DNA of 60,883 nt, filler included. It is 5 parts of 5 records of this genome, joined end to end, with 100 filler letters (N's around TTAATTAATTAA, not from the genome) between each part and the next. Parts side by side here need not be neighbours in the genome. Positions count along the whole stretch, not along the records: positions 15,052 to 45,280 come from SRR20825019_3027; 4 more parts are not named here. One strand, 5' to 3'. The translations under genes were made by a program, and so were the position numbers. Numbering within the stretch: the first letter of the stretch is position 1; every line of letters starts with the position of its first letter. The notes under the pieces were generated by a model. The model had not been told where the DNA came from, ran no database searches, and saw only the letters and a program-made list of their open reading frames with translations. Positions 20,358-32,649 of this stretch are shown piece by piece.

Positions 20358-21256
20358 TTTTCTATTTTTTTAGATGGCTTTATTGTAGAAAGGTAAACAC
20401 CCAAAAATATCATCGCCGCTGCGCCTATTCGTAGTGGTGATAAACTATCTGCGCCAACCAAAATAGCAAAAAGCACGGCAATAACAGGTTGAAGATATAT
20501 AAAAGCGCCAAGGGTTGTGGGGCTTAATTGTTTTAAGGCATAAATATTTAAAAGGTAGGTCATTACCGTTGTGCATAGCACTACAAAGCCCAATTTCCAT
20601 ATATCATCAAAAGCAAGGCTTGTCCATTCAACTGCTGAAAATTCAGAAATTCCGATGGGAAGATTTATCAGTAATGCGAATAGGAAAAGAAATTTCATTA
20701 GGGTAATTGAGCTGTATTTTTTAGTTAAGGGTTTTACTAAAATTAAGTAAACAGAATAGGCAGTTGCGTTAATGATGAATAAGAAATTGCCCAACGGGAT
20801 GTTTGGAGCATTTGGTTGTTCTTTTAAACCAAATAATATAAGTACTAAAGCTCCTGCCAGTCCTAAAAATATTCCGAAGCTTTTTATTAGTGTAATTTTT
20901 TCCTTTAAAATAAATGCAGAAAGCACTAAAAGCAAGACAGGTGAAAGTGTAATAATTACAGAACTATTAATGGGTGTAGATAGGCTTAACCCTTTAAAAA
21001 AGGCGAGCATATTTAAAGCCATTCCAAAAAAAGCGCAAACAATAAAACGAAGCCAATCTTTACGATCTATTTTTTCAGAAGGAAAAAACAAACTGATAGC
21101 CCAAAAAAACACTGCAGCTCCCATTACACGAAGTAATATAAATCCAAAAGGGTTGATTACTTCGGGCATTAACCCCTTTGCAATTGTGTGGTTTATGCCA
21201 TAAATTGTGCTGGCAGTAGTTGCAGCTAAAAGTGCAAAAATGCGTTGTTTGTTCAA
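20354..21256 (-). CDS. DMT/EamA family transporter
   Basis: About 10 TM segments in two EamA halves; FIYLQPV. Confidence 0.88.
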   Translation of the reverse strand: MNKQRIFALLAATTASTIYGINHTIAKGLMPEVINPFGFILLRVMGAAVFFWAISLFFPSEKIDRKDWLRFIVCAFFGMALNMLAFFKGLSLSTPINSSVIITLSPVLLLVLSAFILKEKITLIKSFGIFLGLAGALVLILFGLKEQPNAPNIPLGNFLFIINATAYSVYLILVKPLTKKYSSITLMKFLFLFALLINLPIGISEFSAVEWTSLAFDDIWKLGFVVLCTTVMTYLLNIYALKQLSPTTLGAFIYLQPVIAVLFAILVGADSLSPLRIGAAAMIFLGVYLSTIKPSKKIEN

Positions 21257-21609
21257 TTTTTATGGATAGATTTTTTTGCTGCGGCTACTGTTTTTGCACT
21301 ACTACCAATAAAAATTTCATCATTATTAACAATTACAGGACGCTTTAAAAAGGTGTAATGATCTAAGATCAAACTTTTATAATCTTCTTCTAAAAGATTT
21401 TTATCTTTTAGACTTCTTTCTTGGTAAAGTTTAGCTCTACGACTAAAAAGGTCTTCATATTTATCAGTAAGATTAAAAAGTTCGTTCAATTCTTCCTCTG
21501 TAATTCCTTGAACTTTTATGTCCTGTTTTATAAATGATGACGGAAGCGCGATTTCAGCTAACACTCTTTTACAGGTATCACAACTTGATAAATAATATAC
21601 TTTTTGCAT
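21253..21609 (-). CDS. ArsC/Spx family protein
   Basis: SSCDTCKR CxxC and FLKRPV. Confidence 0.85.
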   Translation of the reverse strand: MQKVYYLSSCDTCKRVLAEIALPSSFIKQDIKVQGITEEELNELFNLTDKYEDLFSRRAKLYQERSLKDKNLLEEDYKSLILDHYTFLKRPVIVNNDEIFIGSSAKTVAAAKKSIHKN

Positions 21610-21618
21610 GGGTTAAAA

Positions 21619-22377
21619 TTAATGAATATTAAGAAAAGGGGTTGCTTCTTTTATGGGTATTTTTAGCTCAATTGGGCCGTCTGCATAACTAGCAATATCG
21701 TATTGATTGTAGACGAAAATGATGCTGTCATTAGTAAATCCAGTGCTTTCAGGCAAATAAAAAATTTCATCATCAAACCAAAAACCTGTGCTGTTTATAG
21801 AACTATTTGAAGCTATATTTTGTTGTTCTCGAAATTTACTTTCAGCAAAAGCAATAAAGGTTTCATTGTTTTTAAAGAGCTCATTTGAAGTCATTCTATT
21901 CCCTGTTTTTGGGTTTATGTTCAAAAATGAGGTAGTACCATACCCATGAGCACCGCCAGTGAAAAGATATTGACGCATTTCAAAACAGATATGCGCTGGC
22001 GAATTGTATATTTCGTTTATAGAAATTTCAGCAAAATATTCTCCTGCCATATCTGGAAACTGAAGCTTGTCTGCATTATATGCTTCAATAAAATTTGTAG
22101 CTGCTTCTTGAATGGTTTTTGCAGTAGGGATAGTATCTTCACCCATTAGCAAAGAGCTGAAAATAAAGTTTTTTATTTCTTCATTTATTTTCTTAGAAAC
22201 GGAATCGTCGCCAAATACTTCAACATAGTTTATTGTTACTTCTGGGCAAGGGTTGTTTTTGCAAATAGAAAGTTCTTTTTCAGTAAAACTTTCTGATGCG
22301 AATTCAATACTTTTTTCTTGATCGCAACTCATGCAGATAAACGCAATTAGAGCAAGGATCGTAATCTTATTTTTCAT
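21619..22377 (-). CDS. DUF3298/DUF4163 (RsiV/PdaC-like) lipoprotein
   Basis: Lipobox CMSC, FTGGAHG, YDIASYADG. Confidence 0.8.
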   Translation of the reverse strand: MKNKITILALIAFICMSCDQEKSIEFASESFTEKELSICKNNPCPEVTINYVEVFGDDSVSKKINEEIKNFIFSSLLMGEDTIPTAKTIQEAATNFIEAYNADKLQFPDMAGEYFAEISINEIYNSPAHICFEMRQYLFTGGAHGYGTTSFLNINPKTGNRMTSNELFKNNETFIAFAESKFREQQNIASNSSINSTGFWFDDEIFYLPESTGFTNDSIIFVYNQYDIASYADGPIELKIPIKEATPFLNIH

Positions 22378-22536
22378 AAGTTAAAAGAAATAGGTTTTTA
22401 GCATTGCCAAATGAAACTATTACATTTGTATTTCAAAAGTAATAACTTTAATACCAGCTATTGTGAAAGTTATATTAAATAGTATCATATAGCTTTATAA
22501 TTCTCTTTTTTTCACATTAAATTTTTCAAAACTTAT

Positions 22537-23679
22537 ATGAAATTCAACACCAAAACAATACACGGAGGACAGCATGATGTAGACCCAGCTTATGGCGCTG
22601 TAATGCCGCCGATTTATCAAACTACTACATATGCCCAAACTACGCCAGGAGGTCATCAAGGTTTTGAATATTCACGAAGCGGAAACCCAACAAGAGCCGC
22701 TTTAGAAAGAGCTTTTGCAAGTATAGAAAATGGTGAATTTGGACTTGCTTTTGGCAGTGGTCTTGCTGCAATTGATGCGGTGATGAAGTTATTAAAGCCT
22801 GGTGATGAGGTTATCACTACAAGCGATCTTTACGGAGGAACGTATCGTTTGTTTACAAAAATATTTGAAGGCTTTGGAATTAAATTTCACTTTGTGGGAA
22901 TGGAAAATGCAACTTCAATTGAAAGCTACATTAACAGTAAAACAAAATTAATTTGGGTTGAAACACCAACAAACCCAATGATGAATATTATTGATATTAA
23001 AAAAGCAGCTGCCATTGCAAAAAAGCACAATGTGCTACTTGCTGTAGACAATACTTTTGCAACACCTTATTTACAGCAACCGCTAGAAATGGGAGCAGCT
23101 ATTGTTATGCATAGCGCAACAAAATACCTTGGCGGACATAGCGACGTGGTTATGGGAGCATTAATTGTAAACGATAAAAAGCTTGCTGATAAGTTATATT
23201 TTATTCAGAATGCAAGTGGTGCCATTTGTGGCCCGCAGGATAGTTTTCTTGTTTTAAGAGGACTGAAAACACTTCATATTCGAATGCAACGTCATTGTGA
23301 AAATGGAAAAATTATTGCTGAATATTTAGCAACACATCCAAAGATTGAAAAAGTATATTGGCCAGGTTTTGAAACTCATCCAAACCATACAATAGCAAAG
23401 GAGCAAATGAAGGATTTTGGAGGAATGATTTCATTCGTAACCAAAGGAAATAACTATAAAGATGCTATTAAAATAGTTGAAAACCTTAAAATTTTCACTT
23501 TAGCAGAAAGTTTAGGAGGGGTGGAAAGTTTGGCTGGACATCCTGCAAGTATGACTCATGCAAGCATACCGAAAGAAGAGCGCGAAAAAACAGGCATTGT
23601 AGATGCGTTAATTAGATTGAGTGTAGGAATTGAAGATGTAGATGATTTGATTGCAGATTTAAAACAAGCTATTGGATAA
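22537..23679 (+). CDS. Cystathionine gamma-synthase/gamma-lyase family PLP enzyme
   Basis: YSRSGNPT, ETPTNP, DNTFAT, HSATKYLGGHSD, AESLGG. Confidence 0.93.
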   Translation: MKFNTKTIHGGQHDVDPAYGAVMPPIYQTTTYAQTTPGGHQGFEYSRSGNPTRAALERAFASIENGEFGLAFGSGLAAIDAVMKLLKPGDEVITTSDLYGGTYRLFTKIFEGFGIKFHFVGMENATSIESYINSKTKLIWVETPTNPMMNIIDIKKAAAIAKKHNVLLAVDNTFATPYLQQPLEMGAAIVMHSATKYLGGHSDVVMGALIVNDKKLADKLYFIQNASGAICGPQDSFLVLRGLKTLHIRMQRHCENGKIIAEYLATHPKIEKVYWPGFETHPNHTIAKEQMKDFGGMISFVTKGNNYKDAIKIVENLKIFTLAESLGGVESLAGHPASMTHASIPKEEREKTGIVDALIRLSVGIEDVDDLIADLKQAIG

Positions 23680-23714
23680 TAACTTTCTATAAGCTAAAAC
23701 CCTTAGTTAGTTGT

Positions 23715-24515
23715 TTAATCTATATAATAAATGTACCCAATATTCAACCAATAAATCCATTCTTTAGATTTATTTTCAGGTACGGGCCTTGAACCATTAT
23801 TCTCAAGTGTTGGATTAAGACCGTCTACTGTATCAGAAAAATAATATTGCCATCTACTATCTAACATTAAATCGCTTGATCGAGATAGTTTATAACGAAA
23901 ACCAACACTACCAACAAGAGCCCATGTGTTGTCTGGGTTTTGGTAGAAGGAGTTAATGTATTTTGTTGGGGTAGATACAGGGCTATTTAAGGGGCCTAAA
24001 GTAGATTCAACTTCAGGGTCATAACTTACCCAATGCACACCCAAGCTTACAAAAGGTGCTATTTTATAATCACCACCACCAAAATCTCGAATACTTAAAG
24101 GAAAATATTCTATTTGTGAACCTATTTCTAAAACAGTAACGGTACCACTCATTGCGCGAAGCTGGTCCGCAAATAAAGACGTTTGGTCGGGTTCAACCCA
24201 GCGGCCATAATGTTCAAGACTTGTTTTATGATAATCTATTTCATTTCGAACTTTAAAATGGTCGTTAAAATACTTATCGCGTGTATAGCATTTACAATCC
24301 GCACTATATGAAAAATTGATATAGTGAATAAGTCCAACCCCAAAACCAACGTTGTTTGAATTTGTGTCAAAATCATTACGCTGACCAAAATCTGAATAAA
24401 ATACTACTGGACCAGCAATTATACCCAATTCATTAGAAAAGCCTAATTGGCTAAATGCTTGTTGATTACTTAAAAACAACAGTGAAAATACCACTAATAA
24501 TACTCTGGTATTCAT
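23715..24515 (-). CDS. Outer-membrane beta-barrel protein (Flavobacteriaceae family found next to gdhA)
   Basis: Signal peptide, alternating aromatic strands, C-terminal LNIGYIYYID. Confidence 0.65.
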   Translation of the reverse strand: MNTRVLLVVFSLLFLSNQQAFSQLGFSNELGIIAGPVVFYSDFGQRNDFDTNSNNVGFGVGLIHYINFSYSADCKCYTRDKYFNDHFKVRNEIDYHKTSLEHYGRWVEPDQTSLFADQLRAMSGTVTVLEIGSQIEYFPLSIRDFGGGDYKIAPFVSLGVHWVSYDPEVESTLGPLNSPVSTPTKYINSFYQNPDNTWALVGSVGFRYKLSRSSDLMLDSRWQYYFSDTVDGLNPTLENNGSRPVPENKSKEWIYWLNIGYIYYID

Positions 24516-24721
24516 TAAAATAGGGTTTAGTGTGAGAAGCAGCAAATATATAAAAACATATTCAAGACCGAAACTTTAAAATGTGTTTTAGCTAATTTGT
24601 AAAAAATTGAGTTACAGTTTTTATCATAACACTTATATTTGTGCTTCCTTTTGTAACTTGTTCATTCAATGTCTTTTTTCAGCTTTATTAAAAAGTAGTT
24701 TTGTAAGACATATTGTGCTAA

Positions 24722-26110
<1,389 letters not shown>

Positions 26111-26135
26111 TATTCCACAATTAAAATAAGTTAAT

Positions 26136-26183
26136 GCCTTTTCAATTATCTTTTACAATTTAAAAGATAGGGAAAGGCTTTTT
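26136..26183 (+). terminator. Rho-independent terminator after gdhA
   Basis: GCCTTTTC..TATCTTTTA/TAAAAGATA..GAAAGGC stem followed by TTTTT. Confidence 0.7.
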
Positions 26184-26239
26184 CATTTATATACCGCAAT
26201 AAATAGTATTTTAGCGTGTTAATAAACAAAACCTTTTTT

Positions 26240-28564
26240 ATGAAGCAGTGGGTTATTGCTTTCCTTATACTATTTCCTATTCTTGTCTGTGCTCAAAATT
26301 TTGAAGACAATTGGACAGGCCATTTTTCATATATTTCAATAAAAGACATTTCCCAAGGAGGAAATAAAATGTATGTAGGTGCCGAAAATGCAGTCTATTC
26401 ATATAACCTTTCAACAAAAGAAGTTAAAACTTTTTCTACTATAAATGGACTTTCAGGAGAGTTTATTACGACAATTCATTATAGCGAAGAATATGAATTA
26501 TTAGTAATTGGCTATGAAAGTGGATTGATGGAAATCGTAAAAAATGGCGATGAAAATATCTTGAAAGTGGTAGACATTATAGATAAACAAACCATTCCCG
26601 CAGATAGAAAACGAATAAATAACTTTAAAGAATATAACGGGAATCTATACATTGCTACACAATATGGAATCTCGGTGTACAATCTCGCCAGACTTGAATT
26701 TGGAGATACCTATTTTATTGGTGACGGTGGAAGCCAAATAAACATCATGCAGATTGCCGTAAAAGAACCTTATATTTATGCTGCAAGCGCTTCAAATGGA
26801 ATGCGAAGAGCCGCAGTTGCCGATGATAATCTGATTGATTATGAAAATTGGACAACGATTATGGGAGGCAGTTATACTGCGGTGGAAAGTTTACGAAATG
26901 AGCTTTATGCAGCTACTTCATCAAATAGCGTGCTTCGTTTTACCTCTACTGGTGCCAATACGGTTGTAGAGAATTTTAATTCAAGTATTCAAAAATTTAG
27001 ATCTGCAGACAAACTACTTACTATAACCACTACAAAATCCATTCAAACCTATTCTGAAGGTTTTGTAATGGAAGCTTCAGTAACAACACTTCCAGATTTT
27101 GAGCTTAATCTTTTATCTGGATATGCGTACGATTCGAATTTATATTTAGGAACTGCTGACGATGGATTATTAATTGTTCCTTTTGGAAGCAGACAGCCAT
27201 TACAAATATTGCCAAATGGCCCGATTAGAAACGATCCATTTTCTATTGCAAGTTCTCCAGGTCAATTATGGGTTATTTTTGGGGAAGTAGATATTAATTT
27301 CAACCCCTACTTTCCAAATGGAGCCTTAAGTAAAAGAGGTATAAGCCAGTTAAAGGATACACTTTGGAACAACACTCCCTACAAAGATTTAAATACTGCT
27401 GTTGGTGCAGACCCAACAGATTTAGTAAAAGTTACAATAAATCCACAGGATCCTTCCGAAGTTTTTATGAGTTCTTATCAAAAAGGGCTTCTTAAGGTTA
27501 AGGAAGAGATTCCTACTATTTTATATGACGAAACCAATAGTCCATTAGATAGAGTGTTTATTCCAAAACCAGGTGGTGGATTTGATGATGCAGGAATACG
27601 TATTTATGGCTCAGAGTATGATTCTCAAGGAAATTTGTGGTTTGTGCAAAGTAGAGAAAATGAAGGTTTAATTATGCTTAGCCCAAACGGAGCGTTTCAA
27701 AAGATAGATATTTCAAGCATTATAGATAATGAAAAAGAAACCGCGCTAACTAAACTTGCAATTAGTCGTGAAGGGCATGTTTTTTTTGGAACCTATGGCG
27801 CCGGACTTATAGGCTATAATCGTACAACTAAAGAATTTAATATAATAACCGAAAATGCTGGCTCGGGGAATCTTCCCAATAAAGATATTCGCGCACTTTC
27901 ATTCGATAAGCAAAATAGACTATGGATTGGAACCCGAAAAGGATTAAGGGTGATTTATAGTCCTGGAAGTTTTTTCGAACAAGGTACCACGCCAGAATCG
28001 CAATCAATTATTATACTTGAAGATGGGGTGGCTCAAGAACTTTTATTTGAACAGTCCATAACAGATATTGAAGTAGATGGTTCCAATAATAAATGGGTTG
28101 CTACAGCTACGTCAGGTGTATTTTATTTATCTCCAAATGGCCAGGAAACGCTACTTCGTTTCACAAAAGATAATTCTCCATTGCCCACAAATAATGTTCA
28201 AGATATCGCAATAGACCCATTTACTGGAGTTGTATATTTTGCAACCACTCAAGGTCTTGTTGCTTTTAAAGGAAGTGCCACCGCACCTAGTGATAATTTA
28301 GAAAACCTTCATGCTTTTCCTAATCCTGTACGCCCAGGTTTCTTTGGAAATGTTACTATTGACGGTCTTACTGCTCAAGCCAATGTAAAAATAACCGATA
28401 TTACTGGCAATCTTGTTTTTGAAGAAACTTCTGAAGGGGGAAGTGTTTTGTGGGATACAACGGCTTTTGGAAAATATAAAGTGCGTTCAGGAGTCTATTT
28501 AGTTCTAGTTACTACAGATGATAGTTTGGAAACTAAAGTGGCTAAAATTATGATTATTCGCTAA
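26240..28564 (+). CDS. porZ: T9SS PorZ-like beta-propeller protein with C-terminal sorting domain
   Basis: Propeller repeats (DGSNNKWVAT, NSPLP), CTD (AFPNPV...GVYLV), adjacent to recO. Confidence 0.8.
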   Translation: MKQWVIAFLILFPILVCAQNFEDNWTGHFSYISIKDISQGGNKMYVGAENAVYSYNLSTKEVKTFSTINGLSGEFITTIHYSEEYELLVIGYESGLMEIVKNGDENILKVVDIIDKQTIPADRKRINNFKEYNGNLYIATQYGISVYNLARLEFGDTYFIGDGGSQINIMQIAVKEPYIYAASASNGMRRAAVADDNLIDYENWTTIMGGSYTAVESLRNELYAATSSNSVLRFTSTGANTVVENFNSSIQKFRSADKLLTITTTKSIQTYSEGFVMEASVTTLPDFELNLLSGYAYDSNLYLGTADDGLLIVPFGSRQPLQILPNGPIRNDPFSIASSPGQLWVIFGEVDINFNPYFPNGALSKRGISQLKDTLWNNTPYKDLNTAVGADPTDLVKVTINPQDPSEVFMSSYQKGLLKVKEEIPTILYDETNSPLDRVFIPKPGGGFDDAGIRIYGSEYDSQGNLWFVQSRENEGLIMLSPNGAFQKIDISSIIDNEKETALTKLAISREGHVFFGTYGAGLIGYNRTTKEFNIITENAGSGNLPNKDIRALSFDKQNRLWIGTRKGLRVIYSPGSFFEQGTTPESQSIIILEDGVAQELLFEQSITDIEVDGSNNKWVATATSGVFYLSPNGQETLLRFTKDNSPLPTNNVQDIAIDPFTGVVYFATTQGLVAFKGSATAPSDNLENLHAFPNPVRPGFFGNVTIDGLTAQANVKITDITGNLVFEETSEGGSVLWDTTAFGKYKVRSGVYLVLVTTDDSLETKVAKIMIIR

Positions 28565-29283
28565 TGGTTGTCGCTACAAAAGCCATTGTTTTTTCAGCTA
28601 TAAAATATTCCGAAGCAGATTTAATTGTTAGTTGTTATACCGAAATTGCTGGAGTTAAAAGCTATTTACTTCGCAACATCCTAAAATCTAGAAAAGGGAA
28701 ATTAAAAGCGTCTTATTTTCTTCCACTTACACAACTAGAACTTATTGCCGACCATAAAAATAAAGGCACTTTAGAATATATAAAAGAAGCAAAAATTAAT
28801 AATCCGTACCAGACTTTACATACCGATATTGTAAAGTCTGGATTGGTATTATTTTTATCTGAAATGCTAAAAAACTGTATCCGTGAAGAAGAAACCAACC
28901 AAGAGCTCTATACTTTTTTAGAAAACGCTATGCATTGGTTAGACCAAAATGATGAAGTTGCCAACTTCCATATTTACTTCTTGTTACAGTTAAGTATGTA
29001 TTTGGGTTTCTATCCAGATGCTTCCAATATTGAACAAAAATATTTCAATATTAGCGAAGGAAATTTTCAAGCAATAAACACAAATAATTATTGCTTAGAA
29101 GGTGAAAGAATAGAAAATTTTAAAAGTTTTTTTGAAGTAAAAATACAAGCAATAAAAAATATTAAGCTCACCAAAAAACAACGCCATGATGTGTTGGAGT
29201 TGATTTTGAGTTATTATAGCTTTCATATGCAAGGATACCAAAAGCCGAAATCGCTTGCAGTTTTAAACCAGCTATTTTCTTAA
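28564..29283 (+). CDS. recO: DNA repair protein RecO
   Basis: KYSEADLIV, PLTQLE, YLGFYP, KSLAVL. Confidence 0.9.
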   Translation: MVVATKAIVFSAIKYSEADLIVSCYTEIAGVKSYLLRNILKSRKGKLKASYFLPLTQLELIADHKNKGTLEYIKEAKINNPYQTLHTDIVKSGLVLFLSEMLKNCIREEETNQELYTFLENAMHWLDQNDEVANFHIYFLLQLSMYLGFYPDASNIEQKYFNISEGNFQAINTNNYCLEGERIENFKSFFEVKIQAIKNIKLTKKQRHDVLELILSYYSFHMQGYQKPKSLAVLNQLFS

Positions 29284-29305
29284 TTGAAGTAAGAAAATTT
29301 ATTTT

Positions 29306-30874
29306 TTATTCAACTTTTTGGAAATCCAAATCCTGAAAATCATAGCTAAAATCAGTCAATGGCGAGATGGCACTAATTAAGAAACCAGCCGCTTTAGCTT
29401 CTTCATCTAAACTAAAATTAACAAATGCATCTGCTTTTAATGCTGGATCATCCCAATAAACCACATAGGTTGTTCCTTTATAGAAAGTCATGGTTCCCTT
29501 TAAATCTGCAGATTTTTCTGAAGTAAAGCGTAGTTTCCCATTTTGGTTACTGATAGTAACTTTGCCAAACCAAGCATCTTCGTATACACCAATATAATCT
29601 AATGGATTTGGTTTTTGAGCTTTGGTTTTAAGTTGGGCAGCAATATTTTTTTCTACAGCCAGCACAATGCTATCTGCTTTGCGTTCTCCTGCCAAACGAC
29701 GGTCGTTGTATTGTTTAATTCTATCTTCACCTTTTATATTAAAATAACCATCTTTTATAGAATTAGTGATAGCTGTAAACGCTGCGCCACTTTGTTGGTT
29801 GGTAAGCACAATTATCCCTAAATCTAATTCTGGAATAAGGGTTACTTGACTAACAATTCCTAACAAACCTCCTGTGTGTGTAGCTTGAAAATAACCGTTT
29901 ACATCACTTAAAAACCAGCCCAAACCATAGGCTGAAAAATGAGTGTTGTATGGACCTTTTCCACTTCTTAAAATAGTTTGTGGCGTCCACATTTCAGTGT
30001 GAATATCTTTACTAAAAAGACTATCCTGTAATTTTTCGCCATACCTGCCACTATTTAATTGTGCTTGCGCCCAAACACTCATATCATTTATTGATGCATA
30101 AATACCACCGGCTGGCGTGGCGAGTTGAGTAAATGTATCTCCTGTAACCTCCAGTTTTCCGTTTACTGGAGCATGACCGTCAATACGGTTTGCATCGGCC
30201 TTTATTTCTGGAATAGACAGTAAAGAGCGGTTCATTCCTAAGGGCTTAAAAAAGTTATCTGAAATATAATTATCAAAATCTTTGCCTGAAACTCTTGAAA
30301 CTATTTCACCCGCAACGATATAGAGTAAATTGTCATAATCAAACTTGCTCCTAAAGGAAGAAACAGGTTTTAAATAACGAAGATTATGAATTAATTCATC
30401 TTTTGTAGTTGTATTTGAAGCAGGAAAAATCATTAAATCCCCAGCGCCAAGCCCTAAACCACTTCGATGAGTTACAAGATCGCGTACTGTAAATTCACTT
30501 GTAACGTAGGCGTCATGTAATTTAAATTCAGGAATAATATCTGTTACTTTGGTATCCCATGTTAATTTTCCCTGATCTATAAGTTGCCCCAAAGCAGCTG
30601 TTGTAAATGCTTTGGTGTTTGAAGCTACGCCAAAAAGTGTGTTTTCGTTTACTGCAGCATTTGATTTAAGGGAACGTACACCAAAGGTGTTTTTATGATA
30701 AATTTTTCCATCCTTTAAAACAGCTACTGCCATTCCTGGAACATCAAAAGTTTTCATTGTTTTCTGAACCAAGCTATCAATTTGTGATCCACTTAAAACT
30801 TGGGCATTCACTGAAAAACAAAAGAAAAGAAGCGGAAATAGAAAGAGTGTAATTTTAGTAGAAAAAGATTTCAT
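29306..30874 (-). CDS. Serine hydrolase, beta-lactamase/AmpC family with C-terminal DUF3471-like domain
   Basis: SNTK (SxxK), YDN (YxN) and HTG motifs; signal peptide. Confidence 0.85.
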   Translation of the reverse strand: MKSFSTKITLFLFPLLFFCFSVNAQVLSGSQIDSLVQKTMKTFDVPGMAVAVLKDGKIYHKNTFGVRSLKSNAAVNENTLFGVASNTKAFTTAALGQLIDQGKLTWDTKVTDIIPEFKLHDAYVTSEFTVRDLVTHRSGLGLGAGDLMIFPASNTTTKDELIHNLRYLKPVSSFRSKFDYDNLLYIVAGEIVSRVSGKDFDNYISDNFFKPLGMNRSLLSIPEIKADANRIDGHAPVNGKLEVTGDTFTQLATPAGGIYASINDMSVWAQAQLNSGRYGEKLQDSLFSKDIHTEMWTPQTILRSGKGPYNTHFSAYGLGWFLSDVNGYFQATHTGGLLGIVSQVTLIPELDLGIIVLTNQQSGAAFTAITNSIKDGYFNIKGEDRIKQYNDRRLAGERKADSIVLAVEKNIAAQLKTKAQKPNPLDYIGVYEDAWFGKVTISNQNGKLRFTSEKSADLKGTMTFYKGTTYVVYWDDPALKADAFVNFSLDEEAKAAGFLISAISPLTDFSYDFQDLDFQKVE

Positions 30875-30955
30875 AAACAGATTTTTTTTGGAGCTTAAAG
30901 GTATTAAATCTTTTTTTTTAAATCTACGTTTGCTACGCTACGACATCTAGGTGGT

Positions 30956-32344
30956 TTACACCAATTTCAACTGATTTACTATTTCTTGCAAGGAAGCCTT
31001 TGCGTCACCAAAAAGGATGCTACAGTTATCAAGTCCAAAAAGATCATTTTGAATTCCTGCGTAGCCTTTATTCATACTTCTTTTCATAACAATAACTTGC
31101 TTGCTTTCATACGCACGAATTATAGGCATCCCGAACACAGGGCTATCCGGATTATTTTCAGCCGCAGGGTTTACCACATCATTGGCTCCTAAAACTAAAA
31201 CAGTATCGTATTGCGCCATGTTTTCATTGCCTTCATCCATTTCTTTTAGACGTGCATAATCTACGTTTGCTTCAGCAAGTAGCACGTTCATGTGTCCAGG
31301 CATACGGCCAGCAACGGGGTGAATAATATAATCGACTTCACAATTTCTTTTTTCTAATAACTGCTGAAGTTGGCCGCAAATATGTTGTGCCTGCGCAACT
31401 GCTAATCCATACCCAGGGATAATTGCAACTTTTTGAGCAAATGATAGTGTTAAGGCAGTTTCAGATATACTTATTTCCTTTATTTCTTGTTCTTCTTCAA
31501 TTGCACCAGCCTTACTCTTTTTAAAAGTTCCTGCGAGTACTTTCATTAGTGAACGGTTCATCGCTTTACACATTAAAAGTGTAAGTAAAATCCCTGCAGC
31601 TCCAACAAAAATACCACCAGCAATCATTGCTTTATTGCCATAAACGAAGCCAGCAAAAGCAGTTGCAATACCTGTAATACTATTTAAAAGTGAAATTACA
31701 ACTGGCATATCTGCACCACCAATTGGCAGTACAAAAAGCACCCCATATATCATGGCGATTGTAGCCAAAACATACATAAAAGCAGTAAAACCTATAGGAA
31801 TAAGGCCAACAAAATATACTATTGGTAATACGACCATTAACCCTAAAAGTATTCTTGCTGAAAAGATAACAGCTTTACTACGCCTATCTTTTACTTTTCC
31901 TGCCAGTTTTCGTTCAGCAATGATACTTCCTGTTAAGGCAATTGCACCAGTAACTAAACCAGCTATAAGTAGTATTTTATTTCCTAAAATTGTAGTTGAA
32001 ACATCAATTTGGTTGGCTTCCATTAATCCTAAAAGCATTGCACAACCTCCACCAGTTGCGTTAAACAAAGAAACCAATTGAGGCATTCCTGTCATTTCTA
32101 CTTTATCTGAAAGACGTTTGCCTACTACAGTTCCCACAGCTATTGCCAAAAACATTATTATCAGGTTTGTGTAAGGAACAGTTGCGGTAATAGCGGCTAT
32201 AAAAGTTAGTATTACGGCCAAAACCATACCAATGGCGGCTATTAAATTTCCTGTTTTTGCGCTTTTTGGGGAACTCATAAACTTTAATCCTCCCAAAAAG
32301 GATAGGGTGGCCAATAAATAGCCTACTTCAATAATTGCGTGCAT
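30956..32344 (-). CDS. pntB: NAD(P) transhydrogenase beta subunit
   Basis: GGADMPVVISLLNS, HPVAGRMPGHMNVLLAEA, GANDVVNPAA. Confidence 0.95.
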   Translation of the reverse strand: MHAIIEVGYLLATLSFLGGLKFMSSPKSAKTGNLIAAIGMVLAVILTFIAAITATVPYTNLIIMFLAIAVGTVVGKRLSDKVEMTGMPQLVSLFNATGGGCAMLLGLMEANQIDVSTTILGNKILLIAGLVTGAIALTGSIIAERKLAGKVKDRRSKAVIFSARILLGLMVVLPIVYFVGLIPIGFTAFMYVLATIAMIYGVLFVLPIGGADMPVVISLLNSITGIATAFAGFVYGNKAMIAGGIFVGAAGILLTLLMCKAMNRSLMKVLAGTFKKSKAGAIEEEQEIKEISISETALTLSFAQKVAIIPGYGLAVAQAQHICGQLQQLLEKRNCEVDYIIHPVAGRMPGHMNVLLAEANVDYARLKEMDEGNENMAQYDTVLVLGANDVVNPAAENNPDSPVFGMPIIRAYESKQVIVMKRSMNKGYAGIQNDLFGLDNCSILFGDAKASLQEIVNQLKLV

Positions 32345-32350
32345 GGTTTA

Positions 32351-32647
32351 TTATTTTTTAGGGCTAAACATTTTTAGCATACGCCCAGTAACAAAAAATC
32401 CTCCAGAAATATTAAGGGTGCCGAGAAAAATTGCGATTCCACCCAAAGTGAGGTTTAAGTAATCATCGGCAGGAACGCGAAGCATTACAATAATTGCTCC
32501 TACCAAAATTACTCCGCTTATGGCGTTGGCGCCAGACATTAATGGAGTGTGTAAAATGGCAGGTACATTTGCAATTACTTCAATGCCAATAAAGACACAG
32601 AAAATCACAAAATAAATTTCTTGAATATGTAGGTTAATGAAATCCAT
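32351..32647 (-). CDS. NAD(P) transhydrogenase alpha subunit, membrane part (PntAb)
   Basis: LHTPLMSGANAISG and GGFFVTGRML.MF. Confidence 0.93.
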   Translation of the reverse strand: MDFINLHIQEIYFVIFCVFIGIEVIANVPAILHTPLMSGANAISGVILVGAIIVMLRVPADDYLNLTLGGIAIFLGTLNISGGFFVTGRMLKMFSPKK

Positions 32648-32649
32648 GG

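Noticed and set aside
29306-30874. Bona fide beta-lactam resistance gene
   Set aside because: The SxxK/YxN/HTG fold with a C-terminal extension is typical of widespread peptidases and esterases; there is no evidence for resistance.
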